A program made the translations under genes and the position numbers. A stretch of DNA of 64,000 bases from an uncultured Ignavibacteriales bacterium. Lineage in GTDB: Bacteria > Bacteroidota > Ignavibacteria > T3Sed10-11. The notes under the pieces were generated by a model, which saw nothing but the letters and a program-made list of their open reading frames with translations, ran no database searches and was not told where the DNA came from. The stretch's first letter is position 1; every line of letters starts with the position of its first letter. Where the stretch lies: contig CAZBUK010000011.1 of NCBI GenBank assembly GCA_964495085.1, positions 844-64,843 on the forward strand, in the 5' to 3' direction. Positions 37,864 through 46,058 of this stretch are shown one piece after another.

Positions 37864-40065
37864 ATGAAAAATATCTCGGTAATCCTCATGCTGTTGTCCT
37901 TCGTGCTCGTCGCACAGCCTGTCCCGGCCCAGGTTCCCCCTCATCTCTCGTATCAGGGTATACTCGTAGACGAAACCGGTACCGCAGTCGAAGACGGCAA
38001 TTATGACATTACATTTCGGCTCTATACGGAATCTATCGGATCGGATCCGATATGGACTGAAACGCAGAACGTTTCGGTTATCAAAGGACTGTTTACGGTT
38101 CTCCTCGGAACCGCTACGCCGATCGAGCTTCCCTTTGATGTGCCGTACTTCCTCGGCATTTCGGTCGGTGAAGGATCGGAGCTCACCGGCCGTATTCCGC
38201 TCACCGCGTCGGCCTACAGCCTCCGTTCAAAATCCGTCGACGACGGACAGGTAGTCAAGAGTCTCAATGATATAAAGGATGAGGTAATCCTCGAAGCGGG
38301 AGAAAATATCAGCATTACGCAGCAGGATAATAAAATCACCATCTCGGCTTCGGGAGGATCCGAGGAGGGTACAATCACCGGCGTGGTTGCCGGAGAAGGA
38401 TTGACAGGCGGAGGTACGAGCGGATCGGTAGATATATCGGTCGCCGACTCCGGTATCATCTCGGCAAAATTGGCTGCAGGTTCTGTGACGGCGGAGAAGA
38501 TCGCTGCTGGCGCAGCGGTTAAGAGTCTCAACGATCTCCGCGACGCGGTGATACTCTCCGGCGAGGGGGGCGCCACGATAACGACGCGGGGGGATACGAT
38601 TGTCATCAATGCAGGCAGCGGGGGGGATGGATCGGGGATCGAAGGGATTCAGAATACGAACAATACGCTTGATATTATTAACCCATCGGGTCCGACGACG
38701 ACCATAAATGTGAAGAGCGGTGGAATCGGTACGCAACATATTGCCGACGGCTCTATCACGCAAGAGAAGCTGGCATCCAACGCCATCAACGACGGTGATT
38801 GGATCATCGATGGAGACAATATGAGCTCCGGAGTAAGCGGATTTGTCGGTATAGGGCGAACCAATCGCTTGACCGGGTTGGAGGTATTCGGTATACGAGC
38901 ACCGTCTGCTGAAAATACCTGGGGAGGTATGTATATTGAAACATTACAAGCGACGGGAAGACCCTTCTACGGCTACGCGACGAACAACACTGCGATTATG
39001 TGGCATGAGTATAACAGCTCTGTCAATCAATGGCAACTGAACACCGGATCGGGTGTTCGGATTGCCGTCGAAAGATCGACCGGAAATATAGGGATGGGTA
39101 CGACAACTCCCTTGGAGAGGTTGGACATTGCCGGAGCCGTTCGAATCGGCACGACATCATCCTCGAACGCCGGAACTATCAGGTGGTCCGGAGCCGATTT
39201 TGAAGGACGCAAAGGGAGTCAATGGGTTTCGTTGACAGGCGTCTCCAGCTGGAATACATCGGGAAATAACATCAACTACACAACCGGAAATGTCGGCATC
39301 GGCACCACTACACCGGCATATCTTGCACATCTCCGCAGTTCCTCTCCTTCACTCATGCTGGAAAACACGGGTACTTCGGCGTCATTTGTCAGATTCCGCC
39401 GGTCAAACGACGGAGCGAACGACAATTATCTGGCTTTGGGCTCAAGCGGGCAGATGATTATGCGCGTCGGCGGTACGGACAGGATCACGGTTCTCAATGA
39501 CGGAAGGGTCGGTATCGGCACCGGCAGTCCCGAAACCATGTTTCAGATCCGGAATTCAGGCAGCGATATAGCGTACTCTCTGAAAGCGTCGAATTCCTGG
39601 ACTGCGCGAATACAGCAGGATGCCTCCAGCAATCTGACGATATGGAACGGCGGCCTGGAACGTATTCGCCTCCGGGCAAACGGGAATGTCGGTATAGGTA
39701 ATGATAATCCCTCCAACAGGCTCCAGGTGAGCGGGGATATGCAGGTAAGCGGAAAGGTGAAGCGTGAGTCGACCGGAAATAACAATGTTGTGCCGATCTG
39801 TTACGGTCAAATTAATTCTGCCGGTACTATTCAGAACGGTTCCGGCAACTTCACGGTGAATAGAACCGGTACCGGTGTATACCAAATCAATATTTCCGGT
39901 GAAAACGTTCTCTTTTCGAACTATACCGTGGTAGTGACAGCTATCGGTTCGTCTCCCGTCGTGGCAACATGGAGCAGTGCGAGTGGAAATTTAGTGGTTT
40001 ATATTCACAACATGTTCAGTTTTCGTACCGATAATCATTTTTCATTTACCGTCTTTAAACCCTGA
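37864..40065 (+). CDS. Exported paralogue 3 of the tail-fibre-like family (long; phage tail-fibre-type motifs)
   Basis: Signal peptide + HLSYQGILVDETGTAVEDGNY..DDGQVVKSLNDIKDEVILEAGENISIT. Downstream motifs ISAKLAAGSVTAEKIAAGAAV, HIADGSITQEKLASNAI and four G(N/R)(V/I)G(I/M)GT..P..L.V copies. Distinct ~90-aa C-terminal domain. Confidence 0.7.
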   Translation: MKNISVILMLLSFVLVAQPVPAQVPPHLSYQGILVDETGTAVEDGNYDITFRLYTESIGSDPIWTETQNVSVIKGLFTVLLGTATPIELPFDVPYFLGISVGEGSELTGRIPLTASAYSLRSKSVDDGQVVKSLNDIKDEVILEAGENISITQQDNKITISASGGSEEGTITGVVAGEGLTGGGTSGSVDISVADSGIISAKLAAGSVTAEKIAAGAAVKSLNDLRDAVILSGEGGATITTRGDTIVINAGSGGDGSGIEGIQNTNNTLDIINPSGPTTTINVKSGGIGTQHIADGSITQEKLASNAINDGDWIIDGDNMSSGVSGFVGIGRTNRLTGLEVFGIRAPSAENTWGGMYIETLQATGRPFYGYATNNTAIMWHEYNSSVNQWQLNTGSGVRIAVERSTGNIGMGTTTPLERLDIAGAVRIGTTSSSNAGTIRWSGADFEGRKGSQWVSLTGVSSWNTSGNNINYTTGNVGIGTTTPAYLAHLRSSSPSLMLENTGTSASFVRFRRSNDGANDNYLALGSSGQMIMRVGGTDRITVLNDGRVGIGTGSPETMFQIRNSGSDIAYSLKASNSWTARIQQDASSNLTIWNGGLERIRLRANGNVGIGNDNPSNRLQVSGDMQVSGKVKRESTGNNNVVPICYGQINSAGTIQNGSGNFTVNRTGTGVYQINISGENVLFSNYTVVVTAIGSSPVVATWSSASGNLVVYIHNMFSFRTDNHFSFTVFKP

Positions 40066-40471
40066 AGACCGATCCATCGATTCGAGAGCAATTATGTCAT
40101 CGTCTTCCTCCAGTTTGCGGTTCTGCTCGACTAGATAGAAATATTGCTGTACGGGGAGGAGAAATAGAGAAAAAGGTTGTCCTACACATAGCTTACTCGA
40201 TTCAGGTTATCGAGCGTTTGTTAACTGAAATATAGGAGGTGAAATCATACAACCGGCGTACCGGAATCCCATGGCTCTATAAATAACGGAACTTTGGGTA
40301 CATTTTTCCGGTTTGTACGGGAATGATTGCGGAAGGTACGGCGACGTCTGAACATTTCTGCGTCTGCATCGGTATATGCATACAAGGAAAGTTAAGCCTC
40401 AACACAACAGGTCCTGCCGCCGCCAAACAAACCCGCCACATTCCCGTCACCTTACTATCGGAAGGTACTAT

Positions 40472-41935
40472 ATGAAGCACGTCCTTATGGTCGTCGCCTT
40501 GTCTGTCTGTTTTTGCATTGCCGAATCATCCGCCGGTACACCGGCAAAGATAACATACCAGGGTATGCTCATGGCTCAGAATGGCTTGCCGGTCCCAGAC
40601 AACAATTACAATATTACGTTCAGTCTCTATGCCGCGCCGGATGCGGTCGAGCCTGTATGGTCCGAAACCCAATCCGTGACGGTCGTGAAAGGTTTATTCA
40701 ACGCCATACTCGGAAGCAGTGTTCCTTTCTCGGAGGAGTTCGATCAGGCATGTTGGCTCGGTCTGAAGCTCGGCGATGAGCCGGAAATGACTCCACGGAT
40801 AGAATTCACCTCCGTCGCGTATTCATTGAAAAGCCGGACGGTTGATGACGGTGCGATTGTCACTTCGAAGATCGCTAACTCCGCTATAACGGCGGAAAAG
40901 TTAGCTGTTGTTGAAGGGCCGAGTTCGGTAAGCCAGGTGCTCACCTGGAACGGGACTGGTCTTTCCTGGCAGGTTCCTCCCGGGGAGGGCGGATTACTGC
41001 TTCCGTATTCAGGGACGGCAAATCAGGGGGGTGCTGCTTTCGAGGTCAGCAATACGAACAGTGATGCGCTTCGCGGATCTACACAGTTCGGAAATGGTGT
41101 ATTCGGTTTCAGCACGGGAGGCGGAAACGGAATAAGCGGGTATAGTGAGACCGGGTTCGGTGTTATCGGATTTACAAACACCGGAATCTCCGGGATCTAC
41201 GGTGAGTCAAAGATAAACGGCGGCGCTGGTATATGGGGAAAAAATACGGCCGGTGCGGGTTCTTCAGGTATCTGGGGAGAAAGCCCCGCTGGAATGGGCG
41301 TAAGAGGGAACAGCACGTCCGGTACGGGTGTATATGGGAGTAGTAATTCCGGTTATGGAGTACGGGGACTTGTTTCGCAGAGCGGCACCGGAGTCTATGG
41401 GGAGAATACAAGCAACAGTGCAGGCGCGGGAGTGCAGGGGAGGGCAGACCACGGCAGCTCCGTCGGCGTACTCGGAATGAGCACGGCCGGAACCGGAGTC
41501 AGGGGATCGAGCAGCAGCAGTACCGGCGTTTCCGGGTCGTCTGTATCCGGCGTCGGTGTCCATGGACAGGGCCCCGTCGCAATGAAAGCAGAAGGGAATA
41601 CACTCCAGGATATCGGCAGCGGGGGATGGATGAAAGCGATGCTTCTCGTGAGGGATATAGGATTGAATGCACCTTACATTGAAAGGTGTTATAACGGGGT
41701 CACCGGAGCTACCGAAAGCAATTGTGGATTTAGTATCAGCCAGCCCGGGGGTGCAGGTCCCGTAAAAATAACCGCTCCGTTCAAAGTAGTCGATCGGTTC
41801 TTTTCGGTAACCTTGCTTCAGTCTGCGGTTCACGATATTGTTCCCAGCATTTTTTTCGACCAGGGAGATCTTTTCGGCAATACCGTGGTGGTCGCGACGG
41901 GTACGGATGCAAGCTTCTATCTGCTGATATACTGA
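40472..41935 (+). CDS. Exported paralogue 4 of the tail-fibre-like family (divergent N-domain; ~20 Gly-rich 11-12-aa repeats)
   Basis: The ORF is open from 40376, but Met33 (MKHVLMVVALSVCFCIAESSA, GGAAGG RBS 6 nt upstream) gives a signal peptide followed by KITYQGMLMAQNGLPVPDNNYNITFSLY.. homologous to the other three N-domains. Long G.GV.G.S repeat tract. Confidence 0.65.
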   Translation: MKHVLMVVALSVCFCIAESSAGTPAKITYQGMLMAQNGLPVPDNNYNITFSLYAAPDAVEPVWSETQSVTVVKGLFNAILGSSVPFSEEFDQACWLGLKLGDEPEMTPRIEFTSVAYSLKSRTVDDGAIVTSKIANSAITAEKLAVVEGPSSVSQVLTWNGTGLSWQVPPGEGGLLLPYSGTANQGGAAFEVSNTNSDALRGSTQFGNGVFGFSTGGGNGISGYSETGFGVIGFTNTGISGIYGESKINGGAGIWGKNTAGAGSSGIWGESPAGMGVRGNSTSGTGVYGSSNSGYGVRGLVSQSGTGVYGENTSNSAGAGVQGRADHGSSVGVLGMSTAGTGVRGSSSSSTGVSGSSVSGVGVHGQGPVAMKAEGNTLQDIGSGGWMKAMLLVRDIGLNAPYIERCYNGVTGATESNCGFSISQPGGAGPVKITAPFKVVDRFFSVTLLQSAVHDIVPSIFFDQGDLFGNTVVVATGTDASFYLLIY

Positions 41936-42015
41936 TTTCGGTGATGATTTCGAATGAGCCGGATTTCACTGACATCCGGCGGCACGGAAAATATTAACTA
42001 CCTAACGGAGGAATC

Positions 42016-42546
42016 ATGAAAAAAATATGGTTTGCAGTATTGAGCTTTACAGCTCTGGTGGCGCTCCAATCTTCTGTACTCGCACAGTATACTATATTGT
42101 ATAGTACCTTCGGTTCGGGCGGCGGCAGGACAGAAGGCTCATCCGTCTCCCTCCAGGGTACAATAGGACAATCGGTAGCAGGTTTTACGGAGAACGAATC
42201 GCATGCTGCAGGATCGGGATTCTGGTATGTTGTCCAATCGTCGATTACCACCGACGTAGAGCGTCTGCACGAAATGCTTCCACTCGAGTTTCGTATGGAT
42301 CAGAACTATCCGAATCCGTTCAATCCTTCAACGACCATCCGTTTCGCTCTCCCGCTGGAAGAGCACGTTACATTGGTCGTTTACGATCTTATCGGACGGA
42401 AAATCGCTATGCTTGTCGATGAACGGATGACGGCGGGAGAATATTCGGTAGTTTTCGATGCCGCGGGTGTCGCAAGCGGTTTCTATATATACAGAATACA
42501 GGCGGGATCGCATGTTACAACCCGGCGCATGATCCTCCTGAAATAG
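42016..42546 (+). CDS. Small T9SS-sorted protein (hypothetical ~70-aa mature domain + type-A CTD)
   Basis: Signal peptide. The C-terminus NYPNPFNPSTTIRFALPLEEHVTLVVYDLIGRKIAMLVDE..GFYIYRIQAG..RRMILLK is a T9SS CTD. Confidence 0.7.
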   Translation: MKKIWFAVLSFTALVALQSSVLAQYTILYSTFGSGGGRTEGSSVSLQGTIGQSVAGFTENESHAAGSGFWYVVQSSITTDVERLHEMLPLEFRMDQNYPNPFNPSTTIRFALPLEEHVTLVVYDLIGRKIAMLVDERMTAGEYSVVFDAAGVASGFYIYRIQAGSHVTTRRMILLK

Positions 42547-42629
42547 AGCCGGTACCGCCTGTCCGATTCCGAGACCGGCGGTTGATCCGGCGTTCGGACA
42601 TCTTTTCAATATACTGCGGAATTTCTCAC

Positions 42630-42983
42630 ATGAAAAATTTATTTCCGATGTTATTGTTTTTATCAGTTTCATTTCTTATGGTAACCTGTTCCCCCCGAAA
42701 GGAATCATCTATCGAACAGCCCGGGAAAATGGATCCATCGCTGCGTCTGCTGATATCCCGTTACGAACATGATCGGAGCGACGAAGTTATCGAGGTGCTC
42801 ATTGAACTCCACCGCGATCCTGACGGCGAAGCGCAGATACTGTTCCGGGAGTACAATCTCGAACTCGACGGCATGGAGGGAAAAATCCTTGCCGCGCGCG
42901 GCAGAGTTTCCGATATACGGCGAATAACTGCCTCCTCGCTCGTGAAACATATCGCCTTGAGCCAGAAAAGACAACCGTTATAA
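42630..42983 (+). CDS. Free-standing subtilase pro-region-like protein (putative propeptide/I9-type inhibitor or chaperone), lipoprotein-like signal
   Basis: Start taken at ATG 42630 (MKNLFPMLLFLSVSFLMVTCS signal; the ORF is open from 42582). The mature part aligns to the N-terminal pro-region of the downstream S8 protease: GKMDPSLRLLIS vs GKIDASLRLVMS, and ..VKHIALSQKRQPL vs ..RFIELAARRKPL. Confidence 0.6.
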   Translation: MKNLFPMLLFLSVSFLMVTCSPRKESSIEQPGKMDPSLRLLISRYEHDRSDEVIEVLIELHRDPDGEAQILFREYNLELDGMEGKILAARGRVSDIRRITASSLVKHIALSQKRQPL

Positions 42984-43015
42984 ATTATTTCAATATTCAT
43001 AAAGGGTATAATCAA

Positions 43016-46000
43016 ATGGGTCTTTTAAGAAGCTTTCTCCGGAGAATATCGCGAATTTCGGGCGGTGGAGCGATTGCGGCCGTATGCTTAATCGCTGCCG
43101 GTACCTCGTTCGGTCAGACCAATGAAAAACTGGTCAGGGCATTGAGATCGGGTATGTTTTCCGGTGAATTTCAGATCAACCAACAGGCATATTCTCAGGA
43201 AGGGTTGCTCCGGCCGCAGGCTCACGGGAAAATCGACGCTTCGCTTCGGCTGGTCATGTCGCAGAACCACAGGATGATGAAGGCACGCCCGGGCGATTCC
43301 TACTTACAAGGTATCAGCCCGTATGCATTATCGGTCTCAGGTGACGATGATATACGCGCGGATGTTTTTATCCGAACAGAAGCCGGATTTTCTGCCGCTG
43401 TGCTGACCTCGCTCGGCGCCACGAGGATCGTGGAAGCGGGAGGCATTGTCAGTGCATCCGTACCTCTCGGCGGCATCGGGGCGTTGGCGGAGGATCCGAA
43501 CGTCCGGTTTATCGAACTGGCAGCCCGTCGAAAGCCCCTCAATGATGCCGGGAGGACCGATATCCGGGCGGATCTCGTCCACCAGGGGTTCAACCTCCCT
43601 GCCGCGTATAAGGGCGAGGGAGTGATTGTCGGCGTGCTCGACAGCGGCATCGATTTCACTCATCCGGATTTCTCGGATGAGAACGGAACACGAATACAAC
43701 ATCTGCTTGAATACACTACGACCGGTCAACTCGAGTGGTCGAAGACTCAGATCGATACGGACCCTACCTCGGTAACTCAGGGCGATCTCGACGACGGGGG
43801 AGGCCATGGAACGCATGTCGCAGGAAGCGCAACAGGCGGCGGCAAGCTTAACTCGATCTACACGGGCGTCGCTCCGAACGCGGATATAATCTTTGTGAAG
43901 GGAATGATCGACGGCGGCTTCAGCGATAACGCAGTCTTCGGCGGTTGCCAGTATATATTTGAAAAGGCTGATGCACTGGGTAAACCGGCGGTTATCAACC
44001 TGAGTCTCGGTAGTAATTTCGGACCGATCGACGGCTCGAGCTTATATGAGCAGGCATTATCGAACCTGACCGGACCCGGAAAGATCATCGTAGCGGCCGC
44101 CGGCAACGAGGGTTTTGATTTGATTCACGCAGGCGCTGTCTTACCGGCCTCGACGCAGAACGTCACGCTTCTCATAAGCGATAATCCGTCTCAGCTTTTT
44201 ATCAATATGTGGTACACGCCAGGGGTGATCTCTGATGTCGCGATCGGGGCTTTCGCTATCGATGAATCGGACGAACCCATCTATCTGGGGAACACCTCTT
44301 TCGTACCAGTCGGTTCGTTCATGAATCACACGCCGTTAACATCTGATGAAATCATACTCGGACAAATCGGAATCGACGCTCAGACAACGGCGGATCCCAG
44401 AAACGGCGACGGAAATATTATATTCGAGATCATCGGTGATCCGGATCAGGGAGTCGATATCTCGGAAATAATCTGGGTAGTGATCTATAACTCATCGTCA
44501 TCAGGCCGGTTCGATATGTGGTCATTCGGCGGAGAATTCTGGCCGGTAGTCGAAGGAATCCCGGGCGTGAACGAGATACCCGGCGATTCGCACAGCACGA
44601 TCGGTACACCGGCATCGGCCCACAAGATCATCGCAGTCGGTTCGTACGTGACGAAGACCACGTTTACCAATATCGATAATCAGATGCTCCAGTGGCGGAA
44701 TCCGGATCCGACACGACAGACCAACGATCTGGTGGTTCCGTCGATCGGACAGAAATCGTACTTCAGCAGCATCGGACCTACTCGGGACGGACGAATCGCG
44801 CCCGATATTTCGGCCCCCGGCGAGTTGATATTCTCTCCGCTTTCATCTCAGCTTGCTGAGGGAACGGGGTATCAACGTATACTCGTGGCTGAGGGGGGAA
44901 ATTATATCGGTTCTCAGGGGACCAGCATGGCATCTCCGCATGTAGCCGGAGTCGTCGCGCTCATGCTTCAGGTTCGGCCTGATCTCACATACGAGCAGAC
45001 TCTGGATATACTCCGGGAAACCGCCCGGGTCGATTCGTGGACCGGCTCGGTTCCGAACCACTCCTTCGGCGCAGGGAAGATCGACGCACATGCTGCGGTT
45101 ATGAATGCTCTCGGACTGAACGGCGGACCGGGTACGCCGACTACACTCAGATATTTCGATCCCGAAAGCGAACAGCGAACCTGGATTATCGATACCACAT
45201 TACCAATCGACAGCGGTTTCGTCTTCGGAACGAACAGATATTCGGATATGTCCAAAGCCACCGCATTTTCGCTCCCCGGCGGGGAGACCGAAGGAAGGAT
45301 TTCTGAAGTTAAAATCTGGTTCTCATATCGGAGAGACGGATTAACCGATCAGACATACAGCGTGGAGGTCTTTAACGGTTCGGCATCGTCCGGTCCTACC
45401 GGTGTGACTTTGTCGACGAAGGAATTCATGCTCGCAAACGTGAATGCGGATGCGGATCTACAGACGCCCGAGCAGGCGACGGTGCATACGTTCGATATGC
45501 CTGTTTCTGTGGGATCGGAATTTTTCGTCTCGGTTAATTTCGGCAGTTACGGAAGCGACGATTTCGGGAACGCCGGCATAGCGGCCACCGATCAGCTGGG
45601 GAGCAGGGTGCCCGAAGTATGGGAGCAATGGAGCGATGGAGAATGGCATAACCTCTCCGATGCATGGTTCGGCTCGGGAGCCGCTCCGGGTACGGGCATC
45701 GACGGATGGCATATGTGGATGGAAGTCGTTCTCGAAGGTCCGGTGAGTGTCCCGAATGACGGCTATACACTTCCGGTTTCTATTTCGCTCGAACAGAATT
45801 ATCCCAATCCGTTTAATCCGTCCACGGCTATCAGGTATTCGATTCCCTCGCCTTCGCGGGTGTCGCTCCGGGTATACGATATACTCGGACGGGTGGTGGC
45901 GGACCTGATCAACGGGGATGTTGAAGCCGGGACGCACACCGTCCACTTCGACGGCTCGTCTGTGAGCAGCGGATTATATTTCTACCGGCTCGAGACGGAT

Positions 46001-46039
46001 TCCAAGACCATCGTCAGACATATGATGCTGGTTAAGTAA
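43016..46039 (+). CDS. Subtilisin-like serine peptidase (S8 family) with N-terminal pro-region and T9SS C-terminal sorting domain
   Basis: Catalytic triad motifs VGVLDSGID (Asp), GHGTHVAGSA (His), GTSMASPHVAGV (Ser). The C-terminus NYPNPFNPSTAIRYSIP..LRVYDILGRVV..GLYFYRLE..RHMMLVK is a T9SS CTD. Confidence 0.88.
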   Translation: MGLLRSFLRRISRISGGGAIAAVCLIAAGTSFGQTNEKLVRALRSGMFSGEFQINQQAYSQEGLLRPQAHGKIDASLRLVMSQNHRMMKARPGDSYLQGISPYALSVSGDDDIRADVFIRTEAGFSAAVLTSLGATRIVEAGGIVSASVPLGGIGALAEDPNVRFIELAARRKPLNDAGRTDIRADLVHQGFNLPAAYKGEGVIVGVLDSGIDFTHPDFSDENGTRIQHLLEYTTTGQLEWSKTQIDTDPTSVTQGDLDDGGGHGTHVAGSATGGGKLNSIYTGVAPNADIIFVKGMIDGGFSDNAVFGGCQYIFEKADALGKPAVINLSLGSNFGPIDGSSLYEQALSNLTGPGKIIVAAAGNEGFDLIHAGAVLPASTQNVTLLISDNPSQLFINMWYTPGVISDVAIGAFAIDESDEPIYLGNTSFVPVGSFMNHTPLTSDEIILGQIGIDAQTTADPRNGDGNIIFEIIGDPDQGVDISEIIWVVIYNSSSSGRFDMWSFGGEFWPVVEGIPGVNEIPGDSHSTIGTPASAHKIIAVGSYVTKTTFTNIDNQMLQWRNPDPTRQTNDLVVPSIGQKSYFSSIGPTRDGRIAPDISAPGELIFSPLSSQLAEGTGYQRILVAEGGNYIGSQGTSMASPHVAGVVALMLQVRPDLTYEQTLDILRETARVDSWTGSVPNHSFGAGKIDAHAAVMNALGLNGGPGTPTTLRYFDPESEQRTWIIDTTLPIDSGFVFGTNRYSDMSKATAFSLPGGETEGRISEVKIWFSYRRDGLTDQTYSVEVFNGSASSGPTGVTLSTKEFMLANVNADADLQTPEQATVHTFDMPVSVGSEFFVSVNFGSYGSDDFGNAGIAATDQLGSRVPEVWEQWSDGEWHNLSDAWFGSGAAPGTGIDGWHMWMEVVLEGPVSVPNDGYTLPVSISLEQNYPNPFNPSTAIRYSIPSPSRVSLRVYDILGRVVADLINGDVEAGTHTVHFDGSSVSSGLYFYRLETDSKTIVRHMMLVK

Positions 46040-46058
46040 ATATCCTGGGAAACTCCGC

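Noticed and set aside
34083-41935. Prophage or tailocin interpretation of the tail-fibre-like paralogues
   Set aside because: No capsid, tail tube, sheath, baseplate, terminase, integrase or lysis genes lie nearby. The proteins carry Sec signal peptides and sit among T9SS cargo and regulators, so a host surface-protein role is more likely.
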